A stretch of 60,634 nucleotides of DNA, filler included, from Sphacelaria rigidula (lineage: Eukaryota), in assembly GCA_964200075.2 (NCBI GenBank). It is 4 parts of 4 records of this genome, joined end to end, with 100 filler letters (N's around TTAATTAATTAA, not from the genome) between each part and the next. Parts side by side here need not be neighbours in the genome. Positions count along the whole stretch, not along the records: positions 1 to 15,088 come from CAXNAA020001912.1; 3 more parts are not named here. One strand, written 5' to 3'. The position numbers and the translations under genes are program-made. Position 1 is the stretch's first letter; each line of letters starts with the position of its first letter. Below, piece after piece: positions 1 through 12,346 of the stretch. Below the pieces are notes generated by a model. That model was not told the DNA's origin and ran no database searches. It saw nothing but the letters and a program-made list of their open reading frames with translations.

Positions 1-543
1 TTTGAATGCACAAACGATTAAAAGCCCATAACGGACTTTACTTACGGGACAGAGGAACTATATTGAAATTTCTTCTTCGTATTTTTGTTGTTGATTCCGA
101 GATTATTTTCTCAATCCCCCCGTAGGTGAGTGATACATTCATTTCAATAGCTGACCTATCGTTGATTTGATTTGATTTGATTTGAGTCTATCTGATCTGA
201 TTGCTTGGTCGGTCGCTGAACATGAACTGATCCGCTACAAACGGCAAATAATTGGTGCATCTATATAACCATATATACATATGGTAGAAACCCCAATCTG
301 GTGAATATAAACAAATAAATAATTTGTCGCTCTCGATAATATTTATGATCTACTATCTAAACTGGAATGTACAACATTGAAATCGAGAATTGAAAAAAAA
401 ACCCGTCTCCAACACGGCCAATGCGACTACTTCGAAGTATACCCGCAAATCAAATCGCAACACTACGCGAGAAAGGCGTTTGTGGACTAACTTTTTGCGA
501 TAATATCTCCTCATTCAGACAAATGTGCACATATTGACATCGA

Positions 544-661
544 TCACGACCGTATAGTTTCGTTACCTCCGCAAGCTGTTCCATCGCCGCTCTCCCCTTT
601 GCAAGGAATATTGCACTGCTCCTCTCGAACAACGGCTCCTGGCTCCTTATCACACCAACAG
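544..661 (-). CDS. Exostosin-WSC gene exon: C-terminal half of WSC domain (CWCDKEPG...CNIPCKG...ACGGNETIRS*)
   Basis: Polypyrimidine tract + CCAG acceptor, phase-2 join gives NGNR-CWC. The 3' end is uncertain: stop at 546-544, or a donor after 567 or 551. Confidence 0.78.
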
Positions 662-3600
662 CTGGCACCAACCAAGGGAGAGTAGGGGAAAGGATACAAA
701 GGTAGGGATTATTCGGAAGCAGCTTCACGTCCAACTCGAGGTGTGCTCAGGACACTCGATACGATAGCAACCCCCCCCCCCAAAACCAGCCAAAAACTGT
801 CGCAAAGACATGGCCATACAGCGCCTAATGTTTGGTTTCAAGCTGCATGAAGCGCCTCATATCGGCGACATCGGTGAAAACGAACCCAAGCGTGGAAATT
901 CCTAGCTGTTCGTGGTGCTCGACTCTTTTTATTTTGATCCACGTGTAGATTTCGCCCCCCCCCAAAACCAGCCACTTTTTTCGGGTGGGGCTATCGTAGA
1001 ACGTGTCTCAGGAGTCAACGGTTTTTACGAGCTGGGCCAGCCTAAAAATGGATTTGAGCTCTAAAAGCAATATCTCATCGACGCAGACGAGTTGGGCCGT
1101 GATCCGCATATCGTATTAATCATCTATCGTCTAATCAAGGGGAAGGTGCCCATCTGCTCAAAAGTTTGGGCCCATATTTTCTCGTTGATTAAACCCCATG
1201 TTTAGTAATTCCTATACCAAAGGGAGATAGCGCCAATACCTTGCCAATACTAGAACCTCTATGAAATCCCGATCGATGCATTCAGCGGATGGCGACGAAC
1301 TTTGGTATGGAGAACCACAAACGAGTGCGGAATAATAAAAAAGGGGCCTTCATTTTTTTTTTTTTAATCGAGGTTAGGGCGTTTTCGTGAAAAAATAGTC
1401 CTTAGCATAGTAGAACGCCCTAAACCAGTGAAAAAATTAAAAAATAATCAACCTGGCCCATTTTTTTTGTTGAATATGCCTTAGATAGCGCCCATACTAA
1501 CTTTCAATACACGAAAACCGAACGTGGGCCGGTGAGTGGCCTGCGAAATACTGTTCCGAATTTCTACCTACCTGGTTTTTGATAGGCCTATGCTCTTTTA
1601 TACATCTAGAGTTGGGCCCTGAAATTTCTTATGGACAGTGCATAGGGCATAAAGAAAAAAATTACTGGGATACAATTTTTTTTTTTCATGAGTTGAGGGC
1701 AATAATCGGTTTTCAGGTATTAGTAAAATGCCCCTAACTCATGAAGAAAAAATATATTTTGGTACAGAAGTAATTTTTTTATGCCCTATGCATTGTCCAT
1801 ACCAAATTTCAGGGGCCAACCCTAATGTATAAAAGAGCATGGGCCTGCAAACTTCAAATCCGCCTCTAGGCTGGCCCAGCTCGTACGTTCCTGGGTAACT
1901 TACGACAACGGTGGATCATGACAATAGCAACGACATTTTGACTTGAAAATGAGTGAAGACGATCCCAACTCACAAAAACAAGAATCGTCAATGGGTTCCG
2001 GAAGGGTTACGCACCCGACAGAAAATGCCTGTGCTAGAGAGAGCCTCACTTAAATCAGAGCTATTCACTGAAAAATAAGTGTTTACATGAGAGAGGGGAG
2101 GTGCCACCCTCCGCTAAAGATTGGACAGCACGAAAAACTGGATAAAATGATGGTTTCTGTCACAATAGAGTTTGGGCGAGAAAGTCGGACATGTATACGT
2201 GTAAAATGCTAGAACATTGTGCACTCGACAAAAAATATTTTCCCCTCCATTTCCTGCGAAATAAAAAGAAGGGTACATTTTCGACTCATTCTTATTATTT
2301 TTAGTATAGAAAAGTGATTCGTTTTTCAATAAATTTGCGCTACGAGCTGGTTCACGGTGATCACCCAAAAAACACTCATCGGCAAAACCTCACGCCGTTT
2401 AAAGGAGTCAAACCTTCAATTTTTGCACAGATGTTCTATGGATCATCACGCAACTGTCAAAGAAGGAGGGTTTTTTTACGTTTCTACTCTCTTCGCCACT
2501 TTCCGGGGGTCCCCCTTTTATCGGGAAAACATCGATCCGATCGGACCCCCGTAAAACGTTTTTTTTTTTCTAAACCTCGTTCTTCCAAGGTTGCGTAATC
2601 ATCCACAGAATAGCTGCGCAAAATTGTAGGGTCTGACTCCCCAAAACGGCGTGAGCTTTTTCGCTTTTGTGCGATAAACCTTGGCGTACCGCGGTGAAAC
2701 CGCAAACTACTTGATTTTTGTACCAAAACGGCGTTTTTGGGCCTTCTTTGACGTGAATATGAAAGTTCAAGCATCAGTTGATCGATTTTCGCGACGAAAT
2801 TTTGTGGGGCCCTTCCTTGGATTATTCGGCGACAAATCGTGCGAGAAAAAAGGAAAAAAAAACGAAGTGCCGGTTTTCCGGGGTCCCAGAGTGGAGACTA
2901 CTTCGAAAAACGACTTGGATCGCGTCTGACCCCCGTAAAACGGTGAAAAACTCGAGAATTCAAAAACATCGTCCGTGGAAAGTTTCGTAATGATACATAT
3001 CATATTTGTGTAAAGTTTCAGGATCTAACTCCTAATAACGGCGTGAAGGTTTGCGCGTTCGTGGAGGACGTGGGCTTGAAACGTGCAACTCCTAACTATT
3101 CGATTTTAGTATAGGAACGTCTTTTGGGGTGAATTTTACGTCGAAGCAAGAAAAACTGTGTGAGGTTTTCGATTTTCTCCACCAAAGTTTGTACATGTGT
3201 TCCTTGGACTCTCCCGGGACGCATCATTTCATTATTTTTCTTCAAGGGCATTCTGGACCGCCTTCCGGGGGTCTTTATACTGGGACCCCCGGAAGCCGGT
3301 AGAGAACGGAAAACCCATGAAATGTTGTCAATACAGTTCTTTTTTTCATTTTGAGCATCACTGCCTACGGAACTGCCTAGTTTGAGGACAATCTGAGCTT
3401 TTCTACGACAGATATAGGGGACACCGTTACCAGCCTCCCTGATTTTTTCGTGCGTATCATTAGTGGACATGAAACGACGCCAACATCCGACATCACGGAA
3501 ACATCACGGTTTGGGGTATAATTCGACCCTCGTAGTAATCTCTTTAAAAATATGATTTTCTCCTTAGATTCCCGTGCCGATGACGATTATTACGAATTGA

Positions 3601-6600
3601 AGGATGTAGAGATTGGGTGAAAATTGGGCTAGGAATTCGTAATTTCGATCCCGGAACAGTTTCAAGGGCGCTAATAATTGGTTGAGACACATTTTCGTCC
3701 ATAGCGCCACCGCTACGGCCTTGAACAAATAATCCGGCTATGTCACCCTCTTCGTCTCTTCATTGCGGTCAGTATGATACCATATATGCGACTATTGGGT
3801 GCATATTGCGGAAGGCATTTGCTGATTACACAATTTTGGGTGATCACCGTGAACCAGCTCGTAGCATCGCCCTCGTTTGTATAATCCAAATGAATCCGGC
3901 TAGAGCAATTGTCCCTGAAATAACCCTCAACTCTTGTACCCAAACGACCAACAATACCCACAAGCAAGCAGACTTACGGAACAAAAGACTGAGCCTACTC
4001 TCACTCTTGTGCCGTACGGTAAACTATTTTGTAAAGTAAAATGTGATATCGTTCTTGTCTGCGTCTCGTCTTGAGCTATACCCTACCCACCCAACCATCC
4101 ACACCCGACTTCAGAACGGACTCATTTCACATACACTTAACTTCAACTCACTCACCGGTTACCATTTTTGATGCCAAAGAACCCTATACCACCCCCCGTC
4201 TTCCACGAGCACTTTTTCGCGCACCCTTCCGCGGTCCGTTCCTCGCCCTCGAGGATGGACCTCCGCGATTCTGGTACGTTGCTTTTCTCGAGATTTATCC
4301 TCGAGTAACACCCCACTCTGCGGAATGTGTTCCACCCGGGGGCATTAAGCGGGGCGATAGATCGCTCCGTATAAGTGGCGTCGGGCACCATCCCTGTCGT
4401 GTCATCATCAAGCAGGGCGCGAGGTTTCCTCATGGATTGGGATTTTGTATTTGCGTCTGTCGATCCCTCACGCGTACTTCGACCGGGTCTTCACCGAAAC
4501 AAATTGGAGAGAGAATGGGATTTTGAGTATGAGAATGACTATGACGGAACAGCCCGCACACATGGCAATCATTTTTCGTACTCTTCCTCGCATCACAACC
4601 AGATTCTTCCCTCTGTTTCATCAAAATCAATCATAATTCGAGTACTTGAATACGTTTTGTGACGAAAGAGGATGAATAACAGTGCGACAGGGACAGGGGT
4701 GCGTACAATGGTTGCGAAGCGTGGGCTGCTCATCATCGTGCTCAGTCTCACAATCTCACTACTGTATCATATTTGCCTCTCATGAAGACCCGGGGCCTGA
4801 AATCACTGATGTCCTAATTTTGTTTCGTTTACATACGAGTTCTGTTTGTTCATTATTTTTCAACTCATTTACAGTCTGAGGTGTTGCTAGGGAATATTTC
4901 ATCTCTCCACCACGGGTCTGAACAAAAAGCCTTATGCGATGGTTTAAAAAAAAGGGGGGCATCATCATATTTTCATTTTTCAGCAAAAGTACCTCTCTCT
5001 CCATGCTCCTGTCAGTATATTCATCATTCAGTATCAATATATAGTGTCAATCCCTTAGCTCTTACAAGCTCGATGTAGTGATTTGCTGGGACGTGTACCA
5101 AACCAGTGCAGGGTCCCAGTAAAGTGAGGTGGGTCGCCAGCCCAGTACAACCGCATTATACCGGGACCCCCGCAGTACCTGCTTCTTGCCCAAAAATGTC
5201 CAGGTACAAGCGAAACTGTCGTTTTCCCCAGATTAACAACGTCACATTTACACATACTTCCTCCAACACACAAGTAAAGTCGATTAGGTTTACACGGGCC
5301 CTCAACCTTGTCCGATGCCGTTAGCTACGACATTTTCGAAATCCTTTCCATTTTTTTAATTGGACCCCGTTTTTTCTCTTCCTTTTTTACGCGGCCTCCT
5401 GCATGGGCCAGCGGCCGAAACTAAAGCAGTCGGCCCAAAAACGGCCATTTTTTCCACGTTTCCGGAAAAAGGGGGAGGGAAATAGAAAAACCCGGAAACA
5501 TGGCGGAAAACGCAAAAACGTGCAAAGATGACTTTTCGTTTTCGCTTCATCATTGACAGACGTCTGAAAGCATATCATTTTGTCAGCTACGTTTATAATA
5601 AAAACTGGCGACATTCGTCAAAAATTCGGCCGAAAGCGGTACAAATTGGTCGAAACCGACCCAAATTTGGTCAAATTTGACCCACAATTTTTCGATGAAA
5701 CCAACTCCGTTTTTTTCTTTTTTTTCTTCACGAGCATCTCCGTGACGGCATCGTTGCAACTTATCTAATTATAGCACACATCGGACAGATAATGATCTGT
5801 CTGAAGCGAATAATCAAACAAGTCTCTCGAGTCCGTTGGTCCTAAAACACAAAATATGTGACCGCTAAGTCAGAACAGCAAAAGCACAATCTTTGCACTA
5901 CTCACAGTGCTCAGCGACGACGCCGTAAGGACAACAAATTGAAAAGGGGGGCCAAATGATCCGGATCATGATCCGCATCAGTATACGAGCGGGGCCAGCT
6001 TAAAAGCGGCTAAAAGTTGCTCACACTAGAGCTTTCACAGTACACCGAATGAACCCGATGTAAGCATATCACTGTGAACTGCAGACCCACCTGATGAAAA
6101 AGGACTGCGTCGCTGTTCGATTGGCGTCGTATTGCCGATGACGTTATTGTACTGCGTAGAGTACGGGGTGCGCCTCATATCGTTGGGCGATAGTGTGTGG
6201 GAGTGTTTTTTTTTGTTTAATGCGGTGGGTTCACGTTAGCAATCACCCCGCACTGGGTATTAGTGGAGTGCAGCAGCGTCACGCGAAACGTTGCACGCAC
6301 GGCTCAATTCGACGATTCTTGAGCTGAAATTTCGCGAAGACCTTCTGCACCCAAGATAATGATACGTCCCGTGAGCAGCTGCAGATAATATTTTTCTTGC
6401 TGGCCTCACGACATTATCTTGTTTTTGCTGAAATTTCGAATCCACATAACTTCCTGTTTTTCCCTTTTTTTTCTTTGCTGCTCACGTGATGTTCTGCATG
6501 TCGATAATAAAAAGCTGCTGTCAAAATTTCAACGTCCAACTCCTAATATCGCACCGTGGGTCGCCGGAGTGAGAAAACCACCCGTTGTTGGCTGGCCCAG

Positions 6601-7834
6601 CTCGTACCGAGAGGTAATTTTGAGACGCATCAAGACCTGTCCGATGTGTGAATTATAGCATCGCACACCCTTTCGTTCAAAAGATATGATCCGTGCGCCA
6701 TAACCTACTTTGCCCACGTGTCGGAGGAAGTACAAACGCAGCTATGCATTGATGGCCCCATATCCCCCCGCCCCCCCCCCCCACAGGAAGGGGACAAGAA
6801 ATGCAAAAGCTTCTTGTGCAATGTACGGAAGAAACGAAATGAGCGCCCAAATGTTGGACATGTCTCCATTGGAAGTAGGAACGGTGCTCCGTCTCGAAAG
6901 GGTCAATGGTGAAGCGACTACGGCAAGCAACTAATGAGTACGCCCCCCGCCCCCCCCCCCCCCACCTCCATCCTCCGTCTCGAAAGGGATGCGTGGTCAA
7001 TGGTCAAACGACTAAGGCAAGCAACACATGAGAACGCCCCCGCCCACCTCCAGCTTTCAGCGTCTCTGCCCGGATATAGTTCCTCCAGTAGTTGTGGGTT
7101 AACTTTTTGAACTCCATGCCCTTGCCCCCTTCCCTCCCCTCCTTGAGCTTATCCTGCACGGCCAACGCCATCTCCTTCAACTTTGTGCAAGTAAGACTGT
7201 CCCACCGCTTCGCTCCTACTCGGTTGTCTGCAAATAAAAAAAAACGAACGAACGAACGAACGAAATAAATAAATAAATCGGAACATGTTCTCGCGAAACA
7301 GGACAGAAGGGGATGCGGAAATGACCGTTTGACCTGACCTGCTCTGACCTGACCTGCTCTGACCTGAACAGATGCGTGGAAACGCGTTTGACCATCCAGG
7401 AATGCTTTGTGAAGATAAGCTCACAATTAGGTGTCCGTATCTACCTTTTGCTGAAAAGATTAACTCCTTCGGCGCCAGACCTCTGTTCGGAACAATCTCA
7501 TAGGGGGATTTTCAAACGCAGGCACATGAATAACCTCGACATCGAATGAAAAACTACCGTCTATTCTGCACTCTTCAACCCCTCAGTCAATGCATTTCGC
7601 TGTTTTACGTATATTCTTGAGCCAAAGCAGCACTTGGTTCTCACAGCCTTCCACTGACCCTAACCGTCGGGTTAACTCTAACCGCTTGTTGCTTGCCTTC
7701 GTCGTTTGACCATCGATCACGCATCCCCTCCGAGACGGAGCACCATTCCTACTCCTGACTTAGACACCTCGACCACTTCGGCGCGTTGTGTACAAACTGG
7801 GTTGGAGTTGCCGCGCGCCATAAAGATCGAACTG

Positions 7835-7899
<65 letters not shown>

Positions 7900-10800
7900 C
7901 ATTATTATTATAATTATTAATAATTATAATTATAATAATTATCATTATTTCCGCACATAAGTCCGATCTCTCGAACCCGTGGTCACAAACGTAGGCTTGT
8001 CTTTCCAATTCCCTCGCTGCTATTCCTGATGTGGCGAGTAAATACAGTACACCCTGGGTAACGACAAATAGATTACATTATCAAAAATGTACCGCGTGAA
8101 GTATGTAACATGTTGTCTATTGCAATAGACGCAACAGTCGGTACTGCACATGGTACGCTTTTTGACAATGAAATCTACAGTATTGTCATTATCCAGCAAG
8201 TGAAATCTAGCGGAGGCCGCTGAGTCGTGGAGTTCGCCTGTGCACTACACCGCATCCTATTTTCAGTATGGGTGTAGGAAAAAGATCAGCCCACCTAGCC
8301 AGTCATCTACGTTGACTGATTGATATGATTGTCGCAGAGTAACTGACACCGGAGGGACCCAGCGGTGGTCATTATCCACACGATAGAGACGTACCCAAGA
8401 TAAATGAAACGAAAACATTCGCTGAAGGAAAGTGAAAGAAAAAAATCCGGGAAGGTAGAGCACACAAACAGAGGACTGAAAAAAAGACTGGAAAAAACAA
8501 ACAAAAACTGCGCGCGTTGGAATATTCCTGCAGCACCTACTCCCACGGACTCTCATGTTGCTTGCTTTTCACCATGGTCTTCGGCCAACATTCAAAATAT
8601 TTTTCAAGGCCAAAAAAATGAATGGGGGAAAACGCGCAAAAGAGGGAAGAACTGAGAGATGCGCCACCTCTTGTATGGAACATAAAATATCCATCTCGAA
8701 AAGCAGTAACAGAAAAGGTCATTACTCACAACCCTCCGTTCCCGCTCCCATAAAGAAAAAAAAGAACCAACAAGCAAAACTGACCGAAAAAAAAGGCTGG
8801 CATATTTTCCATAATTTTGCGCATGCTGGCCATGTCTTGGACCAAAGCAATATCCCCCATAAGCATGAGCTCGTAGTGCCGGAAGCAGTCCGCCCCTGTA
8901 ACGCCAGACGAGAAGAGAAAGAACGGTCGAAAAAGACTGTTTGTTCTTTGTCACAATCGGACAATCCTACAACAGGGAAAAAAAAGACACGCATTGCTTC
9001 AAAAAAAAAAATCACGTTTTAGTCCACCATGTAGTTCTGTTTGACTTTTTCTGTTTCTTCTTTTTCTTCAGTGAGTGTTTCAGTGTTGTTTTTTCTTGAG
9101 TACGTCCATCATGTGACCACGGCTGGATCATGACTCCTGGGGGGTCAGTTGAAGTGCGACAACCAATCAAATCAAATCAATCAATCACACACCACCACCA
9201 CCAACAACAACACGTGCACAAGCACATGAGCGCGAAATTTTATCCTTTGCGTCTTCTCTCTTACGGATAGAGAAGACACACTTGCCGCCGCAGGATAAAT
9301 GATCACAGCACGCTGCGTATTTGATCACACCTTAAAACCCATTTGTCAGGGATTTTGTATCGTAAGACCCGAGTTTGAGAAACCCGAGGAGCATCAGGAA
9401 CGCTATCTCTTTCTCCACCAAGGGCTCTCGCCGGTACGGCACTTCGAATTTCATAAATGTATACGTCTATACTCGAACCAACATGTAACACATCAAGTGT
9501 CCGTGACGGAGATAGAGGGGAGCCTCTATCTCCGCCACATATCAGCAGGTGCGCAAACGATGTACGGTACGGTACAGTACAGCACAGTCGGAAAGAAACG
9601 AAACGAAACAAAACAAAACAAAACACAAGAAGCAGGCACAATTCTCGTCTTCGTTAGTTACTACTGGTACTCACCAGTTCCGGGGGGGCTAACGGCGAAA
9701 ATTCCCCTGGAATACGCTTCAACCATGTCGACCGCCTCTAGCGGTGCTCGATTCACTGGTATAGGTCCCGACTCCTTGTCCACCATTTGGTGCCAAATTT
9801 TAGTCCGCGGATCTCGTTCCAGAGTGTTGCCCTGAAACACCAAGTCAAACCTTCATTTGTTTTTCGGGGAAGGGAGGGGGAAAGGGGGGAAGAAAACACG
9901 CGGCGCGCGCGGCGGACGTGTGGTAGGAGTGATAGTGCGACTTGAGAATAAGAAGGGGAACAAGAAGTGGGACCAGTCTATGTACTATATACAACAGTAT
10001 ACTTGCTCCGTCCCCCAAGCAGAGACGGCTACGTAGTGCAGATCATATCTCCCCAACGGAGGCTCTCTACGATGCTATAGGTAGGCTCATTGAAACAAAA
10101 CAGTTGTGAAAATGCTCACAGAAAACGAAAAATAAGCAATCGGAGTGATAGATATTGCCTCCCCCCCCCTGCCCCTTTCTTTTACGTCATCTTGACTAAA
10201 TTTGCACAAATTTCGGTGTTTGAACGGCGGATGCAAAATATGGCATGGCCCGGCAGTGCCCGAAATATCGAATTCGGCGTCGATGCAAAAAGGAATCACA
10301 ACTTTTGTTTTTGGCCATTTGTGAAAGCTCTTCTTCAGTTTGTAAATTTTCAATGGTAGCAAAGAAATCGAAATATAGCTATTTTCGGGTCGACCATTTC
10401 GTTTTGGACGCTTGCCCACGAAGGGTATTAGTGAGTGCGCGAACAAGAAAAATATATATATAAAAAAAAAAAAACGCACCATACATCGGACACGGTTAAG
10501 GGCCCGTATAAACAGAACCCATGCTCCTTATCGGACAGAGGGAAAAAGTGTTATTTTACTCGGGGGGAGGGGCGTACTCTTTTGTTGCTTGCCTTAGTCA
10601 TTTGACCATTGACCACGCATCCCTTTCGNNNNNNNNNNGTGCTGGTTTATGTCGTCCTTGCTCTCATTTCCGTCGCTGTCTGTTGCTGTGTGGTGTGTGG
10701 GTGGGGATATTCAGAATCAGTCGAGAAAATTATGCGTAACCATCATTCAGTCATGACCTCAGGTGTATATACATGTGTTTATGGTCCGTTTAACCCTCAG

Positions 10801-12315
10801 ACCGCGATGTGGGTAGTCCATCTGGATCACGCATACGTCTCCAAGTAAAAACTGATGCAGATTCAGCAGATGACCTACCGTCGCGGTCAAAGGCTCAAGG
10901 GTGATGGATCAGTTGTACGACTCGACATATAAAATCGAACACTTGAATCATGGTAACCAACAGAGCAACTGAAGATATCAATTGAGAACAAGGACGAAAC
11001 CGTCCGCCCCAACCCCAACCAAGGATCAGGAGTCTCCAACAATCCAACCATCCAACACTTGGAGTAAGTGCACACCGTTGACAAATGCTGTACAGCACTG
11101 CGTCACATGGGCGTACAACAACTTTAGACAAAGCAATCGAAACATGAAACATTCTACGAGTTATCATTGCGGCACAGCACGCCCAGGTATCAAACAACTA
11201 CGAGCTGGGTCAGCGGTAAATCCCGCATTTGCATGTCACATCATAACTTATCAAGTTTACCAAATCAGCCCGACTTGAGTATATCGGTGTGACCTGCAGA
11301 CCAACGTGGTCACGCACGCGACGACCGCTGAATGAAAAAAAATATAAGAAAAACAATGTACTGCATGATGTATCACCTAACCGACGGAACAGAAAAAAAA
11401 GGAATTCGTCGGGATTCGAACTCGTGACCTCCGTAACTGGAGTCAACTGCATAACTTGGATTACAATAGTGGAGCGCAGCCGTGCAACACGAAAATTTGG
11501 ATGCTGCGCCAAATTTCTGGAATGATTGGCCGAAATTGTACCAGGATCTCCGCCACACAAGGATGCACAACTACACTAGGGATGCCCCCGTATTTCTTTA
11601 TTTTCACGGAGTAATAGATTTTTCTAGTTTTCGCAGAAACTTCAAATTGCTGTATCTTTATGTTTGTTTTTTCTTAGCATCCCTGGGAAGGTTGTGGGTG
11701 GTGATGATAAATGTTTTGGAATGCTGTGTATATTTTTCAGCACTCAACGCTCCGGATTACCCACCGCCCGACCCGGATACATTAGAAATTCACTGTCAGC
11801 TGGCCCAGCTCGTATACAAAACAGTCTCATGCGTGATTACAACCTCTCTATTACCCTACCCGCCTCACTAATAACCCCGGGGATGTCAACCCGGACCGTC
11901 GTCCCGGGCCTGTCCCCCAGGACTGTCATCCTCTAATGTCCAGCCCGGGCTATGTTGATGCTCCTCAATCAGGGCATGACCGTCCAGACGACCCACCGTC
12001 TCAGTTCTATCCTTGTCCCAAGCTCTGCCCTCCAAAGCTTACCCAGTTCAAGTCCACGCCGCGTGCCTACACGCGCCGTACCCTTACAACGAGCGAGAAG
12101 CTACAACCAACATACATCCACCGTCCTGATTTAGATAAGCCGTGCCCACCGTCCATAGGACTGACTTACATCGGGGTCGACGGCAACACCATTGCGATAC
12201 AGTACGTTCAGGTATCGAAACAATAACACAGAACAGTTTGAAAAAAAAAAAAAGTCGTGGATATCACTGGTCGATCACGTGGGAGCAAATGTCCTGTCTG
12301 CAATTGATCTCGTTT

Positions 12316-12346
<31 letters not shown>

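Noticed and set aside
7706-8008. Poly-Ile / poly-Asn ORFs
   Set aside because: Translations of an intronic (ATT)n microsatellite.
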